From assembly GCA_963796685.1 (NCBI GenBank), contig CAWCMR010000011.1:96001-160000 (forward strand): DNA of 64,000 nucleotides, in the 5' to 3' direction. A program made the position numbers and the translations under genes. The stretch comes from an uncultured delta proteobacterium. Its GTDB lineage: Bacteria > Myxococcota_A > Polyangia > Fen-1088. Position 1 is the first letter of the stretch. The number at the start of each line of letters is the position of its first letter. Below the pieces are notes generated by a model. It was not told where the DNA came from. It ran no database searches and worked only from the letters and a program-made list of their open reading frames with translations. Of the stretch, positions 42,043-52,556 are shown in pieces.

Positions 42043-43711
42043 ATGCTGACGCTGCTGCGAGTTTCCGGTTTCGCGCTCATCGACGAGGTCGAGCTGTCGC
42101 TCGGCCCCGGTCTGACCGTCATCACGGGCGAGACCGGCGCGGGCAAGAGCATCTTGGTCGAGGCCTTGGGGCTTTTGCGCGGCGGGCGGGCGCGGGCGGA
42201 TTCTGATTCGCACCGGCGCCGAGGAGGCGCGGGTCGAGGCAGTGTTCGACATGCCCGCCGATTCGCACATGGCGCGCGCCCTTGTCGACGACGGTCGCGA
42301 CGTGGGGGACGGACTGGTCGTCCGCCGCGCCATCGCGCGCACCGGGCGCGGGCGCATTCATCTTGGCGGGGGGCTCGGCACGGTGGCGGATCTCGCGGCC
42401 ACGGTGGGCCGGCTGTGCGACATCACCTCGCAGCACGATCAACAGCTGCTCATGGATCCGGACAGCCAGCTCGCCATCCTCGACGCGTTCGCGGGCAACG
42501 CGGCCACGCTGGCCGAGGCCAGGCAGGCCTTTGCGGCCCTGTCCGAGGCGCGTGCGGCGCTGGCGGTCTTCGACGCCGACGCGAAATCGCGCAGCGAGCG
42601 CGAGGATCTGCTGCGCTTCCAACTGGGCGAGCTGGCCGAGGCCGATCTGAAGGTCGGCGAAGACGAGGCCCTGCGCGCCGAGCGCGAGCGCTGCAAGGGC
42701 GCGGAGAGATTTCTCGCGGCGTGTACGCGGGGCGAGGACGTGCTCTATTCGGGCGAGGACGCGGCAGCCGGCCGCATCGTCGCGGTGGCGCGCGAGATCG
42801 CCGCCTTGTCCGCGCTCGACCCGTCGCTGGCCCCGGTCGTCGAAAATCTGCAGGCCGCGCAGGCCCAGGTCGAGGACGCCGCCTCGTCCCTGTCGCGCTA
42901 CGCGGGCAAGCTTCGCTTCGAGCCCGAGCGCCTGGGCGAGATCGAGGAGCGCCTGTTCCTCATCGGGCGCCTCGTGCGCAAGCACGGCGGCTCGGTCGAG
43001 GCGGCCATCCAGCGTCGTGAGGATATGGCGCGAGAGCTGTCCGAGCTGGGGTCGTTCGAGGAAGGCTTGGCCGTCCGGCGCGCGGCCGTCTCCGAAGCCG
43101 AACAGCGCATGGGGGAGCTGGCCGGGCAGCTCGGCGAGAAACGGCGCAAGGCCGCGCGGACCTTGGCCAAGCGGATCGACGAGACCCTGCGCGACCTGGG
43201 ACTGTCCGGCGCGCGCGTCCCCATCGCGGTCGAGGATCGCGAGAGCCTGGGCGGCAGCGGGCGTGACCGCGTGCGCTTTCTCTTCGCGCCCAATCCCGGC
43301 GAGGAACCCCGTCCGCTGGATCGCATCGCCTCGGGCGGCGAGCTATCGCGCGTGATGCTGGCCGTGACCCAGGCCCTGGCGCGCGAGGGACAGGCCACGA
43401 CCTATGTCTTCGACGAAGTCGATGCCGGGGTCGGCGGCGCCACGGCCGAGGTCATCGGGCGCAAGCTGCGCGCCATTGCCCAGCACAAACAAGTCCTGGT
43501 GGTCACCCACCTGGCGCAGATCGCGGCCCTGGCCGACCAGCATGTCAAGGTGACCAAGGAAGCGACCAAGACGCGAACCTCGGTTCGGGTCGCGCTGCTC
43601 TCGGAAAGCGAGCGCAAAGACGAGATCGCGCGGATGCTCGGCGGGGCCACCGTAACTGCGCAGGCCTCGGCCCACGCCGAGGAGATGTTGCGGCGGTCGA
43701 AGGGGATGTGA
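42043..43711 (+). CDS. recN: DNA repair protein RecN; +1 frameshift at ~42201
   Basis: [10 protein letters not shown] in the first frame; [18 protein letters not shown] and VTHLAQIA in the second. Follows nadK. Extra T in GATTCTG. Confidence 0.93.
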
Positions 43712-43741
43712 AAGCACAGGGGCCGCGCAGCGGCCCTATCG

Positions 43742-43809
43742 CCTCGCCCCGCGGGCACGCGGGGAGAGGCCGACGCGCGAAGCGCGGCCGGTGAGGGGTT
43801 CGGGCATGC
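43742..43809. repeat. Single REP-like element (inverted half of the array unit)
   Basis: CCTCGCCCCGCG..CGCGGGGAGAGG..GGTGAGGGGTTCGGGCATGC. Confidence 0.85.
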
Positions 43810-43869
43810 CTTGAAAGGACTGGACCCACGGGCTTGACGGATCGAGCGCCTTGCGATCATATTTTCAGG

Positions 43870-46194
43870 GTGCGTTGGGTCTCTCTCTGCGTCGGCGCCT
43901 GGTCTTTCGCGCTGGCAACCACGACTCCCTACGCCGCCGACGATGCTGCCGTCACGCCCGCCGTCACGCCCAAATACGAGACGGTCGTCGTCGCCACCAC
44001 GCCCGTGCTCGGCTCCTTGCTGGCCAGCGATCGGGTCGCTGCCAACGTCCAAACGGCCACCGCCGAAGCCATCGATGCGAATCGCGACGTCGACCTCGCC
44101 GAATTCATGAACGAATCCTTGGCCAGCGTCACGATCAATCAGGTGCAAGAAAGCCCGCTCGCCCCCGACCTGCAATACCGCGGCTTCAGCGCCTCGCCCG
44201 TCTTGGGCGCCTCGGAGGGGATGTCGGTGTTCTTGAACGGCGTTCGCCTCAACGAATCGTTCGGCGATGTCGTGAGCTGGGATCTCATTCCGCCCGGTGC
44301 CATCCGCTCGCTGAATTTGATGCCCGGGTCGAACCCGCTCTTCGGTCTCAACACCCTGGGCGGTGCCCTTTCGATGGAGACCAAGACCGGCTTCGACTCT
44401 CCAGGGGTCGAGGCCGTGCTGTCGGGTGGCTCTTGGGGCCGTCGGATTCTGTCGGTCGCGGCCGGCGGTCACGGCGAGCACTGGGGCATTTTCGGGGCAG
44501 GGCGCCTCTTCGACGAGGACGGCTGGCGGCAGCACTCGCCCTCGCGGGCGCTGAACGGCTTTCTTTCGGCCGCCTACCAAAAGGGCGGCTCGACGCTCGA
44601 CCTGTCGCTCGTCGGAGCCGGGACCGTGATAGACGGCCTCGGTCCCTCGCCGATTCAGCTCCTGGCGCAGGAGCGCAGCGCCGTGTTCACCTATCCCGAT
44701 GAAGACCGCAACCGGATGCTGATGGCGATCCTGCGCGGAGACCGGCCCCTGTCGTCGACCGCCCACCTTTCGGCCACGGGGTACTACCGTGTCAGCCGCA
44801 CGCTGACCCGCAATGGCGATCAAGGCGCGTGGAATCCGTGCACCTCCGCCGGCCAGACCGGCTTCGTCTGCGCCGAGGGCGGCACGGCGGTCGTCCTCGA
44901 TCCTTCCGGTGCGCCCGTGCCCTTCGACGCCGGCAATCCTTACGACGGGTCGGACCACACCACCAATACCCACCAGATCGGCTTCGGCGGGAGCGCGCAG
45001 GGCAGCTTCGAAGCGACGGTGGCCGGTCGCGAGAACCATCTGTTCATCGGCGGGAGCGCGGACGAGGGGCTGATTCGTTTCAGCTCCCGGACGCTGCTTG
45101 CCCGCCTGAGCGACGCGCGCGAAGTGGTCGATACCGACCTCGTCGATCCCACGTCCCCGGTCGCGGTGGACGGCACGGTGAGGAACCTGGGAATCTATGC
45201 CAGCGACACCTTCGCGCTCTTGCCGGCGCTGTTCCTGACCGTATCGGCGCGGTTCGACCATTCGACCCTGTCGCTGCGCGATCGACTGGGCGGCGCTCTG
45301 GGGGGCGACCACGGCTACAGTCGTCTCAACCCCGCCGCCGGTGTCTCCTACCAGCCACGCCCGCAAATCGGCGTCTACGGCAGCTACAGCGAATCGGCGC
45401 GCTCGCCCACGCCGATGGAGCTGACCTGTTCGAGCCCGACCTCTCCCTGCCGCCTGCCCGACGAATTCGTCTCGGATCCGCCGCTGGCCCAGGTGGTGGC
45501 GCGCACCCTCGAGGCAGGCGTGCGCGGACACCTCGAAGGTGGGAGGCTCTTCGTCGACTACGCCGTTTCGGCCTTCCGCACCGCGAGCAGCGACGACATC
45601 CTGTTTGTCAGCGCGGGACCGCTCACCAGCGAGGGTTACTTCGCCAACGTCGGCGATACCCTCCGGCAAGGGGTGGAGGCGCATCTCCGTGGCGGCCTTC
45701 GCCTGGGGGCCCGAACCGGACGCTTGAATTGGTCGGCGAGCTACACCTACCTCGACGCGACCTTTCAGACGCCGTTCCTCGCGCCGAGCCCCCACCATCC
45801 GCTTGCCGTCGACGGACAGATCGACGTCGCGGCCGGCGCGCGCTTGCCGTCGACCCCGGCCCACGTCGGCAAGGCCACGCTCGCCTGGATCGCGCCCTTC
45901 GGGCTAGCTCTCGGCGCCACCGTCCTCGGCAACAGCGGCCAATCCTATCGCGGAGACGAGGCGAGCCTGCTGCCCCAGATCCCGGGGTACCTGCTCGTCA
46001 ACCTGCTCGCCGACTACGCCTTCACCCGCTGGACTTCGGTCTTCGTCCGCGTGGACAACGTCCTTGGCGCCTCCTACGCCAGCTTCGGGGTCCTGGGTGA
46101 TGCCACGCCGGTGTTCCCGACCTTCACCGATCCACGGTTCCAAAGCCCAGGCGCCCCGCGCGCGGTCTGGGTCGGCATCGATGTGCACGACTGA
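43870..46194 (+). CDS. TonB-dependent receptor
   Basis: TonB box ETVVV; plug PDLQYRGF...NGVRLNESFGDVVSWDLIP...NTLGGAL; C-terminal VDNVLG...PGAPRAVWVGI. Confidence 0.92.
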   Translation: MRWVSLCVGAWSFALATTTPYAADDAAVTPAVTPKYETVVVATTPVLGSLLASDRVAANVQTATAEAIDANRDVDLAEFMNESLASVTINQVQESPLAPDLQYRGFSASPVLGASEGMSVFLNGVRLNESFGDVVSWDLIPPGAIRSLNLMPGSNPLFGLNTLGGALSMETKTGFDSPGVEAVLSGGSWGRRILSVAAGGHGEHWGIFGAGRLFDEDGWRQHSPSRALNGFLSAAYQKGGSTLDLSLVGAGTVIDGLGPSPIQLLAQERSAVFTYPDEDRNRMLMAILRGDRPLSSTAHLSATGYYRVSRTLTRNGDQGAWNPCTSAGQTGFVCAEGGTAVVLDPSGAPVPFDAGNPYDGSDHTTNTHQIGFGGSAQGSFEATVAGRENHLFIGGSADEGLIRFSSRTLLARLSDAREVVDTDLVDPTSPVAVDGTVRNLGIYASDTFALLPALFLTVSARFDHSTLSLRDRLGGALGGDHGYSRLNPAAGVSYQPRPQIGVYGSYSESARSPTPMELTCSSPTSPCRLPDEFVSDPPLAQVVARTLEAGVRGHLEGGRLFVDYAVSAFRTASSDDILFVSAGPLTSEGYFANVGDTLRQGVEAHLRGGLRLGARTGRLNWSASYTYLDATFQTPFLAPSPHHPLAVDGQIDVAAGARLPSTPAHVGKATLAWIAPFGLALGATVLGNSGQSYRGDEASLLPQIPGYLLVNLLADYAFTRWTSVFVRVDNVLGASYASFGVLGDATPVFPTFTDPRFQSPGAPRAVWVGIDVHD

Positions 46195-46328
46195 CAGGGT
46201 AGGCTTTCGATCCTCATAGAAGGCGATAGTAGCTCAAGACGACCGGCTGGCGATGGTGGGCCTGCAGGCACGCAAGTTCGATGAACCCTGGCCTGCACGG
46301 GGCCATCCAAACAAGTGGAGGTCTTGCC

Positions 46329-47210
46329 ATGCACATCTTTTGCTGCGTCTTGTCCGCAGTGCTTGGCGTCTATCCCGACACCTATGTGCCGGACAGGCCA
46401 GTGGAATTTGCCCCAGCCGCCTCGCGGCTGCCGGCAAGCGCCGCCATTCCAGAGGAAGTACCGACCAGTCGCGCCAAGCTACCGCCGCGACCCGAGGCGC
46501 ACCCTCGGCGCGACTGGATGCTGTCTCTCGAGGGCGTCACGCATGCGCCCATCGACATGGGCGTCCAGGCCAGTCTCGAGACGCCCATTCGTGTGCGCCT
46601 TTCGTTCGGTTACGGTTGGGTCCCCTCGACTTACAGCGGTCTTCTGACTGGCATTGCCGCGTCCGCGAGCGGCGACGCGCAGGTGGGTGCGATCTTGAAT
46701 CACACGAGTTATCAAGGCCGCACCTTCCGCGGGCAGGTTGGCGTGCGGCCATTTCGTTCCCTTGGCCTGTATGCCGATTTCGGCTACGCCAGGTTGAGCA
46801 TCGACGGATCGCTGGACCTTGCCGCAAGCGGCGTTCCTTTTTTGCAAGCCCTTGGGGGCGGCTACCAAGCTCACACCACGGTGGACATGTGGCTGGTCGA
46901 GATCGGTTCGCAACGTGAGCTCTGGGACAGCGTCGTCATGGGGTTGGCGTTTGGCGTGATGGGGACGTTTGACGCAAGCACCAACATTACGTCCCAAAGC
47001 GGCGCGCCGACCAGCCCAGCCCTGGGGCAAGCCGCGAAGCAGACAGATGCCGCCCTGAAGGCCTATGGTTTCGTCCCCACGATTACCCTTCGCCTGGGCT
47101 TTGATTTCTTTTCGCTGACTCCCGGGTTTCTTGCCCAAAGTCGCCCCACCGGATGGTGGCAGACCCCCGCGGGTTCGGCGGGGCCGGCGAGTCCGGCGAG
47201 TCTGGATTGA
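46329..47210 (+). CDS. Exported, probable outer-membrane beta-barrel protein
   Basis: GGAGG RBS; amphipathic strands ending VPTITLRLGFDF. Confidence 0.6.
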   Translation: MHIFCCVLSAVLGVYPDTYVPDRPVEFAPAASRLPASAAIPEEVPTSRAKLPPRPEAHPRRDWMLSLEGVTHAPIDMGVQASLETPIRVRLSFGYGWVPSTYSGLLTGIAASASGDAQVGAILNHTSYQGRTFRGQVGVRPFRSLGLYADFGYARLSIDGSLDLAASGVPFLQALGGGYQAHTTVDMWLVEIGSQRELWDSVVMGLAFGVMGTFDASTNITSQSGAPTSPALGQAAKQTDAALKAYGFVPTITLRLGFDFFSLTPGFLAQSRPTGWWQTPAGSAGPASPASLD

Positions 47211-47259
47211 CGGGCAGCGGTCGATTCGGCATACCTGCGTCGCGCCGATCCATCGGCAG

Positions 47260-48159
47260 TCAGATGTGATTACGCGCCAGCGGCTCCGTGATCAGCGGAC
47301 CGGCCAGTAAGTCCTCTGGAACAGGTCGCAGGTCCCACACCAGGCCGAGCAGCTCGAGACCGCGCAGGACGTAGTAGGTCAGGTCGAATTCCCACCAGTA
47401 GAACCCCTGCCGGGCCGAGCTCGGAAAGTGGTGGTGGTTGTTGTGCCAACCCTCACCCGTGGTGAGAATGGCCAACAGCCAACTGTTGCGGGACTCGTCT
47501 GATGTGACGTAGCGCTGCCGTCCGACAAGGTGGGCGAAGGAATTGATGGCAAACGAACCGTGCCAAAGAAAGATGGACGAGACCCCAAAGCCCCAGAGAA
47601 GACCGTGAATTCCCCCAAGGAAGAGGCAGAGAAGCGCGACGGCGATGATGGGGATCGCTTGAATGCCTTCTCGGTCGAGAAAGCGAAGCTCGGGATACTT
47701 GTAAAGATCGGGAATGAGCGTGGGATCGGTCGTGTTCCATCTCTTGCTGAAGAGCCATCCCATGTGCGCAAAGGCAAAACCGCGGAGCTTGGCGGAGTGC
47801 GCATCCTGCTCGGTGTCGGAGTACTTGTGGTGCCAGCGGTGGTGGCTCGCCCACCACAGCACGCCCTTCTCGGCGCCACTTTCGGCTCCCAGCGCAAGCA
47901 GGAACTGGAACACGCGCGAGGTGCTGAAGGAGCGATGGGCGAAATAGCGATGATACCCGGCCGTGACCATGATCATGCGTATGTAGTAAACGCAGACCGC
48001 CAATAGCAATCCCCTCCAGGACCAACCCGTGAGTATCACGCCAATCAACGTGGCCAGATGAACAACCAACAGGGCATGGGGGCAGTATTTGAGCTTTTCC
48101 TGCCAAGTTTCGGGCCTGGCCGAGGGAACAACCGGGGGATGGAGAACAACCTTATCCAT
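47260..48159 (-). CDS. Delta-9 acyl-CoA/acyl-lipid desaturase
   Basis: His boxes HRYFAH, HRWHH and HNNHH. Confidence 0.95.
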   Translation of the reverse strand: MDKVVLHPPVVPSARPETWQEKLKYCPHALLVVHLATLIGVILTGWSWRGLLLAVCVYYIRMIMVTAGYHRYFAHRSFSTSRVFQFLLALGAESGAEKGVLWWASHHRWHHKYSDTEQDAHSAKLRGFAFAHMGWLFSKRWNTTDPTLIPDLYKYPELRFLDREGIQAIPIIAVALLCLFLGGIHGLLWGFGVSSIFLWHGSFAINSFAHLVGRQRYVTSDESRNSWLLAILTTGEGWHNNHHHFPSSARQGFYWWEFDLTYYVLRGLELLGLVWDLRPVPEDLLAGPLITEPLARNHI

Positions 48160-48411
48160 TGATCAAGTCTGGGGCACCGGCGTGCAGAACCCGCCCATCG
48201 TTGTGTCACGATCCCTCCATGATTTGACGTTGACTCGACACCGCCGCCGGCCAAGGCGCGGGGCCTTGCGAGCCGCTGGGCCACTGTGGCGAAGGGCGCG
48301 TTGGCGGTCCGGTCGGTGGACCGCTGGAAGACGGCCGGGCAAATGCGCGGCATTGGTGCCAAGCTTTCGTTCATGAAGCAAGGCGAGCTTCTGCGGGTGA
48401 GCGCTCCGTCC

Positions 48412-48882
48412 ATGTCGATCCGTTTTGCGCGGTTCGAGGACGTGTCGGGGATTCTTCGGCTGATCGAGCGCGCTCTCGAGCACGGTTGCCGCGACGACTA
48501 CGACGAGCGCCAGCGACGCTCGGTCTACGTCGGATACGCGTCGACGATGTTCATCGAAGCGCTGGGCCCGTTCGAGACCCTGGTGGCGGAAATCGGCGGG
48601 CGTTTGGTCGGTGCGACGCAGATCGATCCAAGGACCGGCGTGTTGCGCGCGCTCTTCGTGGACGCCGGATTTCAGGGGCAAGGCGTGGGGCGTGCGCTGC
48701 TCACGGCCATCGAATCGCGTGCCCGCGCCGCCCACTGTCAGCGTCTTTGGGGCGCGATGTCCCTGAACGCGGTCGGGTTCTACCGACGAGCCGGATTCTG
48801 CGCGCAGGGTGGACCTGAGGGACTCCGTGGCACCCCCACCAGGGTGCCGGTGTTATGGATGGAGAAGCTTCTTGGCAAGTAG
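48412..48882 (+). CDS. GNAT acetyltransferase (start uncertain)
   Basis: LFVDAGFQGQGVGRALL, SLNAVGFYRRAGF. Confidence 0.88.
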   Translation: MSIRFARFEDVSGILRLIERALEHGCRDDYDERQRRSVYVGYASTMFIEALGPFETLVAEIGGRLVGATQIDPRTGVLRALFVDAGFQGQGVGRALLTAIESRARAAHCQRLWGAMSLNAVGFYRRAGFCAQGGPEGLRGTPTRVPVLWMEKLLGK

Positions 48883-48906
48883 AGAGACAGAAACGGGGGA
48901 GAGAGG

Positions 48907-49503
48907 ATGAGAAGTATCATTGCAATCACCCAAGTCACGCTGGACGGTGTCATGCAGTCGCCTGGTGGCCCCGAGGAGGATCCGAGGAACGGGTTCACCC
49001 ACGGAGGCTGGGCCATGCCCTTCTTGGACGACGCCGGGAGCCAGGCCATTGGCGAGACCATCGCCGGTAAGTTCGACATGCTTTTGGGGCGCCGGACCTA
49101 CGAGATCTTCGCCGCCTACTGGCCAAAGCACGGCGACCATCCGATCGGGATGGCGTTCAACATGGCGACGAAATACGTCGTCACGCGCAGCCTCGACCAA
49201 CTCGACTGGGAGCACTCGCGGCCCATAGGTGGTGACGTCGTGGACGAGGTCCGCCGGCTGAAGGCGTCGGATGGGCCGGCGTTGCACGTTTGGGGCAGCG
49301 GCGAATTGCTGCAGACGCTGATCGCCGCCGAGCTCGTCGACGAATATCGCATCTGGGTCTTTCCGTTGGTGCTCGGCGAAGGAAAGCGGCTGTTCGGAGA
49401 TGGCGTCCCGCCGCGCCGACTCTCTCTGGTCGCATCGCAAAGCACGCCAAAGGGCGTTCTCCTCAACAGCTACCGACCCGCCGGGTCTTCTCGAAAGGCG
49501 TGA
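48907..49503 (+). CDS. Dihydrofolate reductase/RibD C-terminal family protein
   Basis: TLDGVMQSPGG, LLGRRTYE, WGSGEL, PLVLGEGKRLF. Confidence 0.9.
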   Translation: MRSIIAITQVTLDGVMQSPGGPEEDPRNGFTHGGWAMPFLDDAGSQAIGETIAGKFDMLLGRRTYEIFAAYWPKHGDHPIGMAFNMATKYVVTRSLDQLDWEHSRPIGGDVVDEVRRLKASDGPALHVWGSGELLQTLIAAELVDEYRIWVFPLVLGEGKRLFGDGVPPRRLSLVASQSTPKGVLLNSYRPAGSSRKA

Positions 49504-49655
49504 CTCGGCGTTTGGCCGTGCACGCCCGCCGGGTCTCGAGGTGGTGTATCCTGACCGGCGGCGAGCCGCGATGCTGTCCAAGATCCTACACGAGTTGCAG
49601 TCCGAGAGCGCGAAGTGGGAGCGATGCAAGGGATTCTTCAGTTAGGAGTGCATCC

Positions 49656-49895
49656 ATGGCTTCGCTCTTTTCCAGTCGCCGCCTGCCCGGAACGCGCTTC
49701 GTGGAATTCGACTCGCGCAGGTGCCAGGCCTGCTGGTCCTGTGTCGACGCCTGTCCGAAGCACGTGATCGGAAAGGTGTCGGTGCTCTGGCACAAGCATG
49801 CTGCGCTTCGCAAAGGCGAGGACTGCGCCGGGTGTTTCAAATGCGTGGCGGTCTGCCGGTCAGGTGCCTTGCAACAACGGATCGTGGCACGATGA
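49656..49895 (+). CDS. 2x[4Fe-4S] ferredoxin
   Basis: CQACWSCVDACP and CAGCFKCVAVC; AGGAG RBS. Confidence 0.85.
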   Translation: MASLFSSRRLPGTRFVEFDSRRCQACWSCVDACPKHVIGKVSVLWHKHAALRKGEDCAGCFKCVAVCRSGALQQRIVAR

Positions 49896-50123
49896 GGTCG
49901 GCCGCGGCCTGGGCCGCCGCCGTAGGCTTCGACCACCACCTCGTCGAGCGAGCCTTCGTGGAGATCCACGACAAGATCGTGATCGCGATATCCGTCCTGC
50001 TTGCGCTCCACGTTTGGCAGAGGCGTTCCCGGCTACTGCCGCGCCCGCGCTCAATGGGAGGAGGACGGACCTAGGCTGCGAAAGCCGTCACGGCGATCGG
50101 CAGGTCAGCGCAGCGGGCTTCCG

Positions 50124-50600
50124 TCAGCCGCGCCGGGCCTTTTCGATGGCGGCAATGTCGATCTTCTTCATCGGCATCATGGCCTCGAAAGCACGCTTGG
50201 CCTCGTCGCCGCCGGCCGAGAGCGCGTCGGTCAGGGCGCGCGGCGTGATCTGCCAGGAAAGGCCAAAGCGATCCTTACACCAACCGCACGCGCTCTCCTG
50301 GCCACCATGGCCGACGAGGGCATTCCAGTAGCGATCCGTCTCCTCCTGCGTGTCCGTCGCGATCTGGAACGAGAAGGCCTCGCTGTGCTTGAACACCGGG
50401 CCGCCGTTGAGGCCGAGACAGGGAATGCCGAGCACGGTGAACTCCACCGTGAGCTCATCGCCCTTCTTGCCCCCCGGATAGTCGCTCGGCGCCTTGTGAA
50501 CGGCGGTCACCTTGCTGTCCGGGAACGTGGCGGCGTAAAAGCGCGCCGCCTCGTGTGCGTCCTTGTCGAACCAGAGACAAATCGTGTTCTTCGGTTTCAT
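50124..50600 (-). CDS. VOC/PhnB-like (3-demethylubiquinone-9 3-methyltransferase family) protein
   Basis: TICLWFD, LNGGP.F, ACGWCKDRFGLSWQI, MKKIDIA. Confidence 0.92.
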   Translation of the reverse strand: MKPKNTICLWFDKDAHEAARFYAATFPDSKVTAVHKAPSDYPGGKKGDELTVEFTVLGIPCLGLNGGPVFKHSEAFSFQIATDTQEETDRYWNALVGHGGQESACGWCKDRFGLSWQITPRALTDALSAGGDEAKRAFEAMMPMKKIDIAAIEKARRG

Positions 50601-50748
50601 GTTCGTGTCTCCTCTTGCGCGTCGGAACACTCTTGTGTGTTTGAAGTCTGTAAACCGCCTGAGGAAAAGCCAGGGCGAAATCGAATATCGGATCGGCTGT
50701 ACACGATGGTAAGCCGTCGTCTCTTCTCTTCGCCACGTGGGCCCAAGC

Positions 50749-51012
50749 TCATAGGACGCAGATGGAACCGGCGATGCACTGCCAGCGCCAGGCACCCTGG
50801 TCGTCCTTCTCGCAGGTGCAGGCGAGGTTGCGATGGCCTTCGGCCTCGCAGGGCCAGCGGCAGGTCGCGTGCTTCTTCTTGCACGGCGATCCATCGGTGG
50901 CGGGGGCGCGGGGGCAGCCCGGGGCGGACCTGGCGCGCGACCAGGCGATCGCGGAAGACATCGCCACGGCGAGCACGATGATCAGGCCGAGAGCTGGCAC
51001 GGGTTTGCGCAT
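50749..51012 (-). CDS. Small secreted Cys-rich protein
   Basis: Signal peptide and 8 Cys in about 55 residues. Confidence 0.55.
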   Translation of the reverse strand: MRKPVPALGLIIVLAVAMSSAIAWSRARSAPGCPRAPATDGSPCKKKHATCRWPCEAEGHRNLACTCEKDDQGAWRWQCIAGSICVL

Positions 51013-51027
51013 GGATGGGATTGTAGA

Positions 51028-51186
51028 TCAGGTGCGCCACGACGGTGGGTTGTTTGGGGCTCGCGCCCCGAGCCGGGCTACTTGGGCGTCAGGCGGGCAG
51101 ACGATCACAAGGGTATCCATGGCCGTGCGACCCCCGCAGGAGGCAAGCAGGCAGAGCGCGAAAGCGAGCAGCAACCGGAGAATCAC
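51028..51186 (-). other. Short ORF with a lipoprotein signal, probably a gene fragment
   Basis: ILRLLLAFALCLLASCGGRT followed by only ~35 residues. Confidence 0.3.
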
Positions 51187-51280
51187 GTTCTTGTGATGAA
51201 GTATCGTAGCATCTTCGCATACACAGATTGGCGTGCAACTTTGCGCGTGATCGCCACGCATCGCCGATGCGCCGGCGCCC

Positions 51281-51922
51281 TTGGCCACCTACCGCGTGGG
51301 CAAGCTGGCGCGTCGGATGCCGTGGATGCGCGTCGCCATGCCGTCGGGTTTCTTCGAGCGTGGCCTGCGCCGGCTCGCCGACTTCTCCGCCAAACAGGAC
51401 GGCAAGGGAGGCGCGGATGACATTCCCGCAAAGCTCATCAGCTCCGTCCCGCGAGATGCGGTCCCCGGCGCGACCATGACCAGCAGTACCCAGGACGGTA
51501 AGCTCACCATCAACGTCAAAGCAGCGCTCGGTGCCAAGACGCAGATCTTCAGCACATCGCTGTTCTTCGACAAGTGTGTGGATGCCAGCGGCTACGCTGG
51601 GATCGAGCTCTCCATCAGCGGCTCGCTTTCCGGTTGCTCGTTGACGTATGCCTCGGTGGATCCCGAGCACCAGTTCTATCGTGCCGGTGGGCCGTACCCG
51701 CCGCAAACGCGGATCTCTCGAGATGATGTGAAGTCACAGCCCAAGAAGATCGTCGCGCCCTTCCGGGGCTCCGACATCGTGGGAAGCCCACCCACGCCGA
51801 CCGATCCGAGCAAGCTCGCCTTCATCCAGTGGCTGGTCATCGCGCCGGTCGCGGCCGACGATGGTAGCGCCCCACCTTGCGCCGGGAGTATCGTCATCGA
51901 CGACGTCAAGCTGTACCGCTAA
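51281..51922 (+). CDS. Carbohydrate-binding (CBM11/CIA30-like) domain protein; 5' end uncertain
   Basis: CVDASGYAGIELSISG, FIQW, IVIDDVKLY. Confidence 0.55.
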   Translation: MATYRVGKLARRMPWMRVAMPSGFFERGLRRLADFSAKQDGKGGADDIPAKLISSVPRDAVPGATMTSSTQDGKLTINVKAALGAKTQIFSTSLFFDKCVDASGYAGIELSISGSLSGCSLTYASVDPEHQFYRAGGPYPPQTRISRDDVKSQPKKIVAPFRGSDIVGSPPTPTDPSKLAFIQWLVIAPVAADDGSAPPCAGSIVIDDVKLYR

Positions 51923-52556
51923 CTTTCCAGGATGCCGAGGTTATCAGTATGCGGTTATCGCCCTGGCTGAGCTCTTGGCAACCGGGGAAGGCAGATGCAA
52001 CAACCTCCTTCACCTTCTCCCAATTCTGCTTGTCGAGCTCGATGTAGTTGAAAGCCAGTCGGCCGCCAGGTGAGAGGCTTTCCCGGCACCGCATCAGGAA
52101 GGGCGGAGTAGTCACAAAGCCAGGCACTTCCCTGCCCTTGAATACGTCAACAAAGACCACGTCGTACTTGCGCTCATTTTGCGCCATGAACGACTCGGCG
52201 TCACGACACACATGCTCCAGCTTCGGCGAGTCGCCCTCGCCGAGGATCTCTCGCGCCCACCCGAGCTCCGTTTTGTCCTTTTCCACCAGCGTGTAGCATG
52301 GGTCGTATCCTCGCGCACGCATGACCTGCACGATGCTGCCCAGGCCCGCCCCGAGTACGAGCACGCTCTTTGCCGCCGGCAAGAACTCTCGCAGGTGCCT
52401 TTCTACTGCCACGGCCGGGAAGTAGCGGTCGCCATCGGAGTACAAGGCGCCATCGGTCAGGAGCTGGAACCGATTGCGGTACAGGAGCAACTCGAGGTAA
52501 CCGCTGATATTGCTTGCCGACCGTCTTAGCGGTACGGGTTGGAGGTAACTCAGCAC
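51906..52556 (-). CDS. Spermidine synthase-like SAM methyltransferase (start uncertain)
   Basis: ALYSDG, VLVLGAGLGS, DAESF, YDVVFVDVF, LSPGG. Confidence 0.8.
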   Translation of the reverse strand: MLSYLQPVPLRRSASNISGYLELLLYRNRFQLLTDGALYSDGDRYFPAVAVERHLREFLPAAKSVLVLGAGLGSIVQVMRARGYDPCYTLVEKDKTELGWAREILGEGDSPKLEHVCRDAESFMAQNERKYDVVFVDVFKGREVPGFVTTPPFLMRCRESLSPGGRLAFNYIELDKQNWEKVKEVVASAFPGCQELSQGDNRILITSASWKVSGTA

